A DNA stretch of 43,783 nt from an uncultured Bacilli bacterium (GCA_944329355.1 CALVID010000005.1:1-43783); one strand, 5' to 3'; positions 8,799 to 17,845 are shown, counted from the stretch's first letter. Translations and numbers: made by a program. The notes: generated from the letters alone by a model not told the origin.

Positions 8799-9416
8799 TT
8801 AAACTGAAACATTAATATTGTTATTATTTTGATATTTCAATACTATATTGGTTATTCTTTTTATTTGTCTTTTCATGTTATGATGATGATAATAATTTAA
8901 AAGAACTATCATTTTATTTTCTTTATAAATTACAACATCTGGAAAGGCAACAATTTCTTTTTTTTTACTATTTATATATGTAAGGCATTTTAAATATGGG
9001 GATATTTTTTCTTTTATAATTTTTACTTGATGACTATTTATTTTAAAAACTATAATTTTTATTGGAATATTTAATTTGCAAATTTTTTCAAACTTTTCTT
9101 GATTAGTACTGTTTAAACCATAGGGAAGTATTTCTTTACAAGTTTTTTTTAAACGATAGTTTTTTTTCATATCATCTAGATAATAGGTAAAAGACCAAGT
9201 GTTACTTTCACAACATATTTCTTTAGATATTTTATAAATAGATCCATGTTCACTGATTATTATATCCGCTTTATGATATCTATCTTTGAATAACCCTTCG
9301 GCTCTACTTTTGCTTACTTGGTCTATCGGAAAAATAATATCTTTTTCTCCTTTTACACTTGTATACCAATAGGCAATGTGTTTACTTAGTGATGATAACA
9401 GTTTATCATTATCCAT
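8799..9416 (-). CDS. hypothetical protein
   Basis: 205-aa ORF with no motif I can name. Confidence 0.5.
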   Translation of the reverse strand: MDNDKLLSSLSKHIAYWYTSVKGEKDIIFPIDQVSKSRAEGLFKDRYHKADIIISEHGSIYKISKEICCESNTWSFTYYLDDMKKNYRLKKTCKEILPYGLNSTNQEKFEKICKLNIPIKIIVFKINSHQVKIIKEKISPYLKCLTYINSKKKEIVAFPDVVIYKENKMIVLLNYYHHHNMKRQIKRITNIVLKYQNNNNINVSV

Positions 9417-9612
9417 AATATTTTCCTTTCTATTGATACTACCTACTGCATGAAAAGTATATCATATTATGATTTGGGTTCTTTTTTTTTTGTTCTAGTG
9501 AGGTGTTTTGAATTATAAATATTTGTAAAGAGGGTTTAACGCATATTTATTCTGATTATATGATTTTATTTATTGTTGTAATATTACATGTATTTTGGTT
9601 ATATATTTTAGT

Positions 9613-10431
9613 ATGAAATATTTAATATTAATGTGTAAAGGATTTATTGTTGGTATTGCCAAAATTATTCCAGGTGTAAGTGGAGCAATTATAGCTATTT
9701 CTTTTGGCATTTATGAAAGATTAATTAATATTTTGTCAAAACCACTTAAAATTAAAAAAGATGATTTAAAATTTTTATTCTTTCTCTTGATAGGTGCAGC
9801 TTTAGGAATTGCTTTATTATGTAAAGGTGTAAAATGGTGTCTAAATGTTTATTATCTTTCGACTATGTTACTGTTTGTTGGGTTAATTATAGGCGGTGTA
9901 CCAGAAGTGGTGAAAATAGTTAAAAAAGAACGTATTGGATTTATACATGTTATAATATTTATAATTACTTTCTTTATTCTTTATTACTTTATTAATTTGA
10001 GCAATCAAAATAGTGCTGATATAAACAATAATTATATACCATTTTTTATTGGCATTGTTGAATCAGCTACTACTATTATTCCTGGTATTAGTGGTACAGC
10101 AATTTTCATGGCATTAGGATGGTATGATAGTTTACTAACCATATTTGAAAATCTTGCAATGTTTCAAATAAACATGTCTATATTCTTATTTTTAGGTGGT
10201 TATATCTTAAGCACAATTATAATTTCTAAATTAATTTCTTTTTTGTTTAAACATTATAAATCTTTTGCTTATACCGGGGTATTGGGTTTTATGTGTTCAT
10301 CTATTTTTGTTATGTTAAATGATGCATTTAATTACAACTTTTCTTTATTAGAATTAAATATTGGTATATGTCTATTAGTGATAGGAATGGTGATCACAAA
10401 CAAAATAAATTTATTTTTTAGCAAGTTATAG
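9613..10431 (+). CDS. DUF368-family polytopic membrane protein (undecaprenyl-phosphate translocase family)
   Basis: Contains the repeated IIPGVSGAIIA and IIPGISGTAIF half-motifs typical of DUF368. The start could be 9595 or 9613. Confidence 0.7.
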   Translation: MKYLILMCKGFIVGIAKIIPGVSGAIIAISFGIYERLINILSKPLKIKKDDLKFLFFLLIGAALGIALLCKGVKWCLNVYYLSTMLLFVGLIIGGVPEVVKIVKKERIGFIHVIIFIITFFILYYFINLSNQNSADINNNYIPFFIGIVESATTIIPGISGTAIFMALGWYDSLLTIFENLAMFQINMSIFLFLGGYILSTIIISKLISFLFKHYKSFAYTGVLGFMCSSIFVMLNDAFNYNFSLLELNIGICLLVIGMVITNKINLFFSKL

Positions 10432-10465
10432 TTTTTGTTTCATATGATTATTTAGGAGGATGATT

Positions 10466-10786
10466 ATGGATAAAAAATTACCAAAGGTTTTTGCAAATAA
10501 AGTAAATGAAAATTCTGGAAATAATGAATATGTATATTACTCTTCTGGAAATAAATCTGAAGAGCGAGATATAAAATCTACTAAACAAAATGTGAAAAAT
10601 GTAAATCAAAAAATTAATGAAATTTTTAATTCTGCTAACTATATTTATAAAGCTGATGTAAAAATTACTTTAAGAAACGGTTCTACTACTAAACGAATTG
10701 TTGGTAGAAACACTACACATTTAATCACTATTGATAACGAGCTAATTCCATTAACTGATATTATTGATATTGAAAAAGCTAACTAA
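10466..10786 (+). CDS. hypothetical protein
   Basis: The RBS AGGAGG lies 6 nt upstream of ATG 10466. About 106 aa. Confidence 0.55.
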   Translation: MDKKLPKVFANKVNENSGNNEYVYYSSGNKSEERDIKSTKQNVKNVNQKINEIFNSANYIYKADVKITLRNGSTTKRIVGRNTTHLITIDNELIPLTDIIDIEKAN

Positions 10787-10851
10787 TAGCTTTTTTTTAT
10801 GTTTGACACTACAAAAAAACAAATGATAAAATATTTTTGGTTGTGATAATA

Positions 10852-11679
10852 ATGTTGAGTAAATTTGAATATAGTAAACAGTTTCTTGAAAATGATAAAA
10901 TCTTAATATGTCCGATATGTAAAAAAAAATTATATTTTAAGGAACATTCATTAGTATGTGAAAACACTCATAATTTTAATATTTCAAAAAAAGGAATTAC
11001 TACTCTTGTTTCACATGGTCATATTAAAGAAAGCAAAATATATAATTATGATTTGTTTTTCAATAGAAGATGTTTCATTCAAAAAATGTTTTATCAAAAA
11101 TTATATGATAAAATTGTCAGTATTATAAATGAACATTTTGATAAAAATATAAATATTTTAGATTTAGGCTGTGGAGAAGGAGCTCATACAATTAATATAC
11201 TAAATAATTTAAAACAAAATTATAAGTACTATGGTTTTGATTATTCTAAAACAGCTATTCAAATGGCAAGTGATTATAATTCTGACAATAGGTTTTATTT
11301 CGTTGGTGATGTTAATAATATTCCTATTATGGACAATTCTACTCATTTAATTATTGATCTTCTTTCCCCTTATAACCAATTAGAAGTCAAAAGAATTTTA
11401 AAAAATGAGGGAATATTTATCAAAGTATCTCCTGGCAAAAACTATTTAAACGAATTAAGAGGGGCGGCTGGTTTGCCCATTTATAAAAAAGAACTAGAAA
11501 TAGAGCAAAAATTGAAATCAAATTTTAAAATATTACAGAAAAAAAGAATATTATATACTTGTCATATTACTAGTGATGATTTTATGTTGCTTTTAAAAAT
11601 GTCCCCTATATACAGTGATAATATATTTAAAGTACCTAAAATTATCACAATTGATTTGATCATATATATTATGAAATAA
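10852..11679 (+). CDS. RlmA-type 23S rRNA (guanine-N1)-methyltransferase
   Basis: Has an N-terminal Zn-ribbon (CPICKKKL...LVCENTHNFNISKKG) and the SAM motif ILDLGCGEG. Confidence 0.7.
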   Translation: MLSKFEYSKQFLENDKILICPICKKKLYFKEHSLVCENTHNFNISKKGITTLVSHGHIKESKIYNYDLFFNRRCFIQKMFYQKLYDKIVSIINEHFDKNINILDLGCGEGAHTINILNNLKQNYKYYGFDYSKTAIQMASDYNSDNRFYFVGDVNNIPIMDNSTHLIIDLLSPYNQLEVKRILKNEGIFIKVSPGKNYLNELRGAAGLPIYKKELEIEQKLKSNFKILQKKRILYTCHITSDDFMLLLKMSPIYSDNIFKVPKIITIDLIIYIMK

Positions 11680-11689
11680 TTAGGAAAAT

Positions 11690-11906
11690 ATCTATTTTAG
11701 GAACAGAAGAACTATCTGATGAAGATTTATATGGAACTAATAATGACAAAGATAATATAATTTTAAAAATCAATGATGTTTTATTAGGAAATATAAAACT
11801 CGAAGATTTACTAAAAGATACCAAAACATCTATTAATAGTTGCCAAGATAAGAGACTAATTAAGAGGAAAATGAACGGTTTACTTTACTTAAAAATCAAT
11901 ATATAA
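11690..11906 (+). pseudogene. 3' remnant of a paralog of the 299-aa HExxH protein
   Basis: The nucleotide sequence aligns with 14781-14988 (...LYGTNNDKDNIIL.INDVLLGNIKLEDLLKDT...). No 5' part is present, and the remnant starts 11 nt after the rlmA-like stop. Confidence 0.75.
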
Positions 11907-11928
11907 TCAAAATAAAGGAGATGGTTAT

Positions 11929-12201
11929 ATGTATAGGTTTAAATTTTATTATAATGATGGTACAAGTGGTTTAAGTGGCGGATATGCTATGCGACCAACG
12001 GCACTTTACTTTGAGTTTGATGGTCTGTTAGACTTGGATGAATTTAATAATTTATCTGAGAAAAATATGACAACAAAAAAACTATTAAAATTAGCTGTAA
12101 GAGCATATAAAGATTTTGAGCCTGATTTTTATCGAATAGAAATAATTAACGATAAAACAAATGAAATCGTTGATTATATAGAATTAAAGGAGGTGAAATA
12201 G
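11929..12201 (+). CDS. hypothetical protein, single YRFKFYY-type domain
   Basis: 90 aa, clearly homologous to the second half of the 209-aa protein at 15029-15658 (...FYRIEIINDKTNEIVDYIELKEVK). Confidence 0.6.
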   Translation: MYRFKFYYNDGTSGLSGGYAMRPTALYFEFDGLLDLDEFNNLSEKNMTTKKLLKLAVRAYKDFEPDFYRIEIINDKTNEIVDYIELKEVK

Positions 12202-12203
12202 AT

Positions 12204-12344
12204 TGGGGAAAAATTATTGGTTTAGTGCAGATGAAGATACTGGTAATGTAGTTGCAAAAACTGAAATTAAATCTGATGGTTCTGTTAAGCGTTATGAATA
12301 CACCGATCCAGATAATATTAAAGGTGGACTTTTGGACTTATGAA
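12204..12344 (+). pseudogene. truncated paralog of the 127-aa MGKWGWF protein
   Basis: The ATG is replaced by ATT/TTG. The translation (G)KNYWFSADEDTGNVVAKTEIKSDGSVKRYEYT matches the N-terminus of the 15658 ORF, then breaks at the junction with the integrase fragment. Confidence 0.7.
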
Positions 12345-12932
12345 GAATTTAAAAACTTTATTCAAGTTGTCAAAGAAAAACATTATCAAATATTCTTTGA
12401 AACATTATATTTTACAGGCTTAAGGCAAGGCGAATGTTTAGCATTAACTTGGAAAGATTTTAAAGATAATTATCTAGATATATATAAAACTATATCAAAA
12501 GAACAAGAAAACGGTCAATATATCATTAATACACCTAAAACAAAAAATTCCATTAGGAAAATTAAAATTGATAGTCATTTGGTAGGTTTACTTAATGAAT
12601 TAAAAGAAAGTTACCAAAAATATGAGGGTTTTAATGATGACTGGTACATATTTGGTGGTATTAAACCTTTTGCTCCTACAACAATAGGTAGGAAAAAAGA
12701 TAAATATTGTGCGTTAGCAGGTGTAAAAAAAATAAGAATACACGATTTCAGACATAGTCATGCATCCTTATTACTGTCATTTGGAGTTCCAATAACAGTC
12801 ATATCCCAACGACTTGGACACTCCGATATAAATATGACACTAAACACCTACTCACACTTAATGCCTCGTGATGAAGACAAAGCCATCAATATGATTAATA
12901 ATCTAATTGATTGTAACCCTTTAATAAATTAA
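12330..12932 (+). pseudogene. tyrosine-integrase catalytic-domain fragment (N-terminally truncated)
   Basis: Contains FWTYEEF...TGLRQGE, HDFRHSHAS and LGHSDINMTLNTYSH (the R, H-x-x-R and H/Y catalytic residues). The N-terminal 26 aa of the ORF-track ORF (12252-12329) are not integrase sequence. Confidence 0.8.
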
Positions 12933-13025
12933 AATAAGGGATTTTTAAGGGCTTTAGTATCATTAATATTATAAAACCCTTATAAAATAAGGGATTATAA
13001 ACAAAAATGGTCGGGAAAACAGGAT
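12933..13025. repeat. att-like flank with an 18-nt duplicate of the tRNA-Pro 3' end
   Basis: The flank aligns with 17382-17474. It contains repeated AAGGGATT motifs and the hairpin at 12977-12993. Positions 13008-13025 (TGGTCGGGAAAACAGGAT) equal 17457-17474. Confidence 0.8.
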
Positions 13026-13318
13026 AACGTACCATTTTATATATGTTTCATTTTCCTTTATTTTTCAAGGAGTTAAATGTACTTGAATGCTACAAAATGC
13101 TAATGATTTGCCTTATTTTCAAAATTTTTAAGGGGAAAATAAGAGAGGTAATAAAATGTCAGTATTCAGAATAAATAAGAACGACAATTATACGATAATA
13201 ATATTTATGATATTGCTAAAGATACTGATAGTGAAAAAGAATTGTTTGATTATGCAGATATTAGTTATTATAATCAAATGAATATGGAATATGATAAAGA
13301 TGATTTTAGTTTATAAGA

Positions 13319-13561
13319 TTAAAGCCAGTAAAATAATTCTACTGGCTTTGATATTGTTGATAAGTCTTGACCAAGAGCTTTAGCTACTTTGGATACTGTA
13401 TCTATTGTCGCATTTCTTTTAGCAAGTTGTAGATCGCTAATATATTTATCTGTTGAGTTAGATTCAAAGGCTAATTGTTCTTGCGTCCACCCTTTACTTT
13501 TCCTATAATGCAAAATGTTACGAGCTATATATATTCTGTCTTGATTTGTTAATTTTGCCAT
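13319..13561 (-). CDS. XRE/cI-type HTH transcriptional regulator
   Basis: The HTH is read from KGWTQEQLAFESNSTDKYISDLQLAKRNATIDTVSKVAKAL. The start is set at ATG 13561. Confidence 0.7.
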   Translation of the reverse strand: MAKLTNQDRIYIARNILHYRKSKGWTQEQLAFESNSTDKYISDLQLAKRNATIDTVSKVAKALGQDLSTISKPVELFYWL

Positions 13562-13652
13562 GTAAAAATACCTACCTTTCACATTATTTCGTGCGTTATT
13601 TTAGTCTTATATAATTAGTTAAATTGTACTTTTTAATTTGCGTTGCGTCGAT

Positions 13653-13664
13653 GTCATATATGAC
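13653..13664. promoter_or_regulatory. perfect 12-bp palindrome, candidate operator
   Basis: GTCATATATGAC lies in the 170-bp divergent intergenic region between the cI-like and cro-like genes. Confidence 0.3.
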
Positions 13665-13731
13665 TAATAACTACTTTTTTAGAAAGAAGGAAAACTGATT
13701 GAATGTTAATTTTTAATTATTAAAATCTATT

Positions 13732-13977
13732 ATGAAAGAAAAGGAATACAACTATGAATATATAGCAAATGCTTTAGGTTGTTCTAAACCTTTTGTATGG
13801 CAGATTATAAATAATAAAAGATGATTATCATACAAAAATGCTTTATTAATTGCTCGTGCTTTTAATATGAAACCTGATGAGTTGTTTTATGATAGTTATA
13901 TTGATAATGAAGATATAAGAAAAAGACTGTTACAAGTTGATAAGGTGCGTAATCAATTTTACAAAGTAAAGCTGTAA
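13732..13977 (+). pseudogene. cro/XRE-type HTH gene interrupted by an in-frame TGA
   Basis: The translation is MKEKEYNYEYIANALGCSKPFVWQIINNKR*LSYKNALLIARAFNMKPDELFYD..., with the TGA at 13822-13824 inside the HTH domain. Confidence 0.65.
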
Positions 13978-14088
13978 TACTCTCATAAAATATAATTATT
14001 TTGGTACAAATCAAAAAAAACCATTGAAAAAAATAACTTATAGTGATAGTATATAAAGCAAAATTTTAATAAATGGGAGAATAGTGCT

Positions 14089-14988
14089 ATGAAAAAGGGT
14101 TTTAAAAGTAAATCATATTATGAAGTTCAGCCAATATCTTTAACTTCAGATTTGTTAGATATTGCTGATATGTTACAAGATTTAAAACAATCTAGACTAT
14201 CACAGTTATCTGATGATGATTTTAACGAGCTAATATACAAAGGAAAACTCCCGTTTTTGAATAATTCTTTCAATTTAATATCAATACCTTTTATACCTTA
14301 TGATTTATTACAAAAACTTGAAATAATTAGTAAATACAAAGAAATGGATTTTAATTCATTTATAGATTTAATTAATAATTATTTGACTACTCTTGACCCA
14401 TTTAATATTCCAATACTATCTGATGATACATTAGGATTTGAAGGTGGTTATTGTAACCCTATGTTTTTTGGAGTTAACGGAGAAATAGAAAAACTTATAT
14501 TTACTGAATTTGTAATTACTAATAAATTATCTATATTAACACCAGGAATATATGCTCATGAAATTGTACATTCCCAACTAGAATTTAATAATGGAGTAAA
14601 TAATTATATTCACAGTGAAGTGTTACCTATATTTTTTGATAAATTAACTGCTTTATACGTAGATAATAATTATGAAACTTTAAAGATTAATGAGAAATTA
14701 AGATTTATTAAATTATTTAAAGCGATAGATTGGCTTAAAAGTAATAACTTATCTTTATACCAGGAAACTAAATTATCTATGGGTATTATTTCTATTTTAG
14801 AAGCGGAAAAACTATTTGATAGATATTTATATGGAACTAATAATGATAAGGATAATATAATTTTAAGAATCAATGATGTTTTATTAGGAAATATAAAACT
14901 AGAAGATTTATTGAAAGATACCGAAATATCTGTTGATAGTTGCCAAGATAAGAAATTAATTAAAAGGAAAGTGAACGGTTTACTTTAA
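14089..14988 (+). CDS. hypothetical protein with an HExxH motif (putative metallopeptidase)
   Basis: 299 aa. GIYAHEIVHSQLE is the only recognisable motif. Confidence 0.55.
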   Translation: MKKGFKSKSYYEVQPISLTSDLLDIADMLQDLKQSRLSQLSDDDFNELIYKGKLPFLNNSFNLISIPFIPYDLLQKLEIISKYKEMDFNSFIDLINNYLTTLDPFNIPILSDDTLGFEGGYCNPMFFGVNGEIEKLIFTEFVITNKLSILTPGIYAHEIVHSQLEFNNGVNNYIHSEVLPIFFDKLTALYVDNNYETLKINEKLRFIKLFKAIDWLKSNNLSLYQETKLSMGIISILEAEKLFDRYLYGTNNDKDNIILRINDVLLGNIKLEDLLKDTEISVDSCQDKKLIKRKVNGLL

Positions 14989-15028
14989 ATAAAAATAAAT
15001 ATATAATCAAATTAAAGGAGAGGGTTAT

Positions 15029-15658
15029 ATGTATAGATTTAAGTATTATTATAAAGATGGTAGTACAAAATTAAGTGATAATGTTTACAATGATGTTAAA
15101 AACTTTGATGGTGAAATTCAAAAGCTAACTAAAAACAAAGATTTTAAAACTACTCATGCTGAAAAACAAGATTTGAATAAATTCTTAAAGTTAGCAATAA
15201 ATGAATATGAAAAAAAGTTTAATGATATCTACCGTATAGATATTATTGATAATGGTACTAGTGAAATACTAGGCTATGTAGACAAAAGTGAGTGTCTAGT
15301 TGATGGAAAAAAAGGACATTTATTGTATGATCCACTAAGTGGTGAAGCTATAAATGCAAGAATTGAAGATAATTATGATAATTGTATTTATAGATTTAAG
15401 TTCTATTACAGTGATGGAAACACAAAATTGAGTGATATTAGAACAGAAAAACCAGAAGAATTATATAATGACTTTGATGGTTTAATAGATTGGGATGAAT
15501 TTGATAGTTTTATTGAAAGAAAGGTAACAACTAAAGAAATACTAGAAACTGCTGTGAGGGCTTATAAAGGCTTTCTTCCTGATTTTTACAAAATCGAGAT
15601 AATCAATGATAAAACAAATGAAATCGTTGATTATATAGATGTAAAGGAGGTGAAATAA
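15029..15658 (+). CDS. hypothetical protein, internal tandem duplication of a YRFKFYY-type domain
   Basis: Residues 1-88 and about 120-209 are homologous (MYRFKYYYKDGSTKLSD... versus IYRFKFYYSDGNTKLSD...). Confidence 0.65.
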   Translation: MYRFKYYYKDGSTKLSDNVYNDVKNFDGEIQKLTKNKDFKTTHAEKQDLNKFLKLAINEYEKKFNDIYRIDIIDNGTSEILGYVDKSECLVDGKKGHLLYDPLSGEAINARIEDNYDNCIYRFKFYYSDGNTKLSDIRTEKPEELYNDFDGLIDWDEFDSFIERKVTTKEILETAVRAYKGFLPDFYKIEIINDKTNEIVDYIDVKEVK

Positions 15659-16041
15659 TGGGCAAATGGGGATGGTTTAGTTCTGATGATGATGGTAATG
15701 TCATTGCCAAAACAGAAGTCCAAAGTGATGGAAGTGTTGATAGATATGATTATACCAAAGCAGATGACATTTCAGCTGGACACGGTCATAAAAAATGGAA
15801 AAGTATGGACAGTTATTTACATGATGATGAACACCCTGATAGAAAGTTTAGGGATAAAAATGATCCTGAAAGTATTAATCGTCGTTGGAGAGGACCTGGT
15901 TATGATTTAACATTAGAAATGCTAAATGATTTATCTTTAGAAGAATTACAAGAGCTTTTAGAAGTATCATCAGAAAATTATGTCCACACTTCTGAAGAAA
16001 TGTTAGTAAGAGGTACTCATAAGCAATTAGTGCTTAAATAA
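15658..16041 (+). CDS. hypothetical protein (MGKWGWF family)
   Basis: 127 aa. The ATG overlaps the upstream stop (TAATG). Confidence 0.6.
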   Translation: MGKWGWFSSDDDGNVIAKTEVQSDGSVDRYDYTKADDISAGHGHKKWKSMDSYLHDDEHPDRKFRDKNDPESINRRWRGPGYDLTLEMLNDLSLEELQELLEVSSENYVHTSEEMLVRGTHKQLVLK

Positions 16042-16255
16042 TCAAATTTATTACTTAAAAACTTATTTGATGACAAATAAGTAACACACTACGATATTGG
16101 CAAAGCCAATAACGAGGTGTGCCAAAGGAATTACCCTTTGGCAACCCAAAACAACGCATTTATCTATTAAGGTAATGTGTTGTTTTTATATTGTAAAAAA
16201 AGACTATCGCCACTTTCATTGAAATATACTTTCAACAAAACGTGCCATGTCTTTT

Positions 16256-16588
16256 TTATTTAATATTATGCTGTTTTTGAAGTAATTTTATAGTTTCTTT
16301 TCTAGCACCATTAATACTAACATTGATAAATTTTTCAGCAATTATTGTAAAACCAACCATAACATATAAATTATTTATAATACCTTTTTCAACACTATTA
16401 AAAAACATAACAATTAAAAATATAAGTCCAAATATTACTACAATTATAGTTGTAATATCTGAAAATGATCTATTAATAATTTTTGATTTATTAATATCGG
16501 AGTTTAGTCCTTCTTTACTCCATTCATTTATAATTAATACTGAAAATATTAAAATTAACGGTGTTGTAAACCAATAATAATCAAACAT
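16256..16588 (-). CDS. small membrane protein
   Basis: 110 aa with three hydrophobic segments. Confidence 0.5.
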   Translation of the reverse strand: MFDYYWFTTPLILIFSVLIINEWSKEGLNSDINKSKIINRSFSDITTIIVVIFGLIFLIVMFFNSVEKGIINNLYVMVGFTIIAEKFINVSINGARKETIKLLQKQHNIK

Positions 16589-16955
16589 ATTATTGTTATC
16601 AGCAATTCCACTTAAAATTAAAAATAGTATATTTAGAATATAGTAATTATTAATAAAATATTTAAATCTTTAGTTTTTCACATTTTTATTTTTCTCCTTT
16701 ACTTTGACACTTTGTATTAATTTAATTATTTCATTTGAAGTATTAATTTGGTATTTTGTATCTTCTATGGTATTTAATAATAGTTCTTTTTCTTTATCCA
16801 TTATATTTTTTTAAATTTGTTTCACATGATTTAATTAATTTTTTCGTTGTTTTCTATACTACCTAACACATTTATTTTAAGCTAATTTAATTCTTCCCCA
16901 TTTAATTTAGAATATAAACTTTTAATAAAATTATTTAATGGACTTACTTGAAATC

Positions 16956-17115
16956 TTAATCTGCAACATACATTATATTATTATAATTAACATCAATGTA
17001 TTGGCTTATTTTTCGGAGTGTTTTAGGATTTGGCATTTCACGTTTTCCACTTTCAATTCTTGCTAATTCAGTATCACTAATATTAGCTAATCTTGATAAT
17101 TCCCTTTTTGATAAA
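16956..17115 (-). pseudogene. 5'-truncated XRE-type HTH gene
   Basis: The sequence LSKRELSRLANISDTELARIESGKREMPNPKTLRKISQYIDV is HTH. The N-terminal 26 aa of the ORF-track ORF are antisense to the integrase fragment, so the junction is near 17115. Confidence 0.6.
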
Positions 17116-17381
17116 CCTTTTACTCCTACAACAATAGGTAGGAAAAAAGATAGATACTCTGCGTTAGCAGGTGTAAAAAAATAAGAATACATGATTTAAG
17201 ACATAGCCATGCATCCTTATTACTGTCATTTGGAGTTCCAATTACAGTCATTTCCCAAAGACTTGGACACTCCGATATAAATATGACACTTAACACTTAC
17301 TCACATTTAATGCCTCGTGATGAGGACAAAGCCATCAATATGATTAATGACTTAATAAAATGTAACCCCTTAACAATATAG
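17116..17381 (+). pseudogene. tyrosine-integrase C-terminal fragment, frameshifted
   Basis: Aligns with 12666-12932. It has an A7 tract versus A8 in the other copy and new stops (KK*EYMI*). Confidence 0.8.
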
Positions 17382-17456
17382 AAATAAGGGCATTTTAAGG
17401 GATTAAGTATCATTTATATTATAAAACCCTTGATAAACAAGGGATTATAAACTAAA

Positions 17457-17533
17457 TGGTCGGGAAAACAGGATTTGAACCTGCAACCCCCTGGTCCCAA
17501 ACCAGGTGCTCTACCAAGTTGAACTATTTCCCG
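17457..17533 (-). tRNA. tRNA-Pro (UGG)
   Basis: Reverse complement CGGGAAA...CCTGG-TTTGGGA-CCAGG...TTTCCCGACCA. Confidence 0.9.
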
Positions 17534-17539
17534 ATATAA

Positions 17540-17616
17540 TGGCGCGCCCAGTAGGAGTCGAACCCGCAACCTTTTGATCCGTAGTCAAACGCTCTATCCA
17601 ATTGAGCTATGGGCGC
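17540..17616 (-). tRNA. tRNA-Arg (ACG)
   Basis: Reverse complement GCGCCCA...TTTGA-CTACGGA-TCAAA...TGGGCGCGCCA. Confidence 0.9.
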
Positions 17617-17634
17617 ACTTCTAAATACATATAA

Positions 17635-17663
17635 ATATTATCACAAACAAATATTATAGTCAA
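17635..17663 (-). promoter_or_regulatory. SigA-type promoter for tRNA-Arg/tRNA-Pro
   Basis: On the minus strand: TTGACT (17658-17663), a 17-nt spacer ending in TGA, and TAATAT (17635-17640). Confidence 0.5.
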
Positions 17664-17735
17664 GCTCAATTGTCTATTCAATATTATGTTAATATTAAAT
17701 AAAATATAATTTTAATTCATAATTGTTTTTTAAAA

Positions 17736-17752
17736 CCGTTGAATTTCAACGG
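17736..17752. terminator. palindromic stem-loop between tRNA-Phe and the Arg/Pro promoter
   Basis: CCGTTGAA-T-TTCAACGG flanked by A and T runs on both sides. Confidence 0.4.
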
Positions 17753-17764
17753 TGATTTTTTTAA

Positions 17765-17840
<76 letters not shown>

Positions 17841-17845
17841 ATAAA

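Larger units (their letters stand above)
11690..17456. mobile_element. two tandem, decayed integrative elements abutting tRNA-Pro
   Basis: The module order (HExxH-protein 3' end, YRFKFYY-domain protein, MGKW protein, integrase C-terminal fragment, att flank) occurs twice, at 11690-13025 and 14781-17476. The first copy ends with an 18-nt duplicate of the tRNA-Pro 3' end. Confidence 0.75.

Noticed and set aside
9482-9491. T10 homopolymer in the divergent intergenic region between 8799-9416 and the DUF368 gene, as a possible phase-variation switch
   Set aside because: It is a single tract in very AT-rich DNA with no clear -35/-10 elements flanking it at slippage-sensitive spacing. This is not enough evidence to call it.
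12252-12329. The N-terminal 26 residues of the ORF-track 226-aa ORF (MQKLKLNLMVLLSVMNTPIQIILKVD) as a signal peptide or novel N-terminus of the integrase
   Set aside because: This stretch is an out-of-frame reading of the truncated MGKW-family paralog (compare 15658-15790). The integrase homology only begins at about 12330, so the ORF is a chimeric pseudogene.
13156-13316. Short ORF starting MSVFRINKNDNYTII, possibly the N-terminus of a replication-initiator or HTH protein of mobile elements
   Set aside because: Only about 15 residues resemble that family from memory, and the rest of the frame is hydrophobic nonsense ending after about 40 codons. It is probably another remnant, but too short to annotate with confidence.
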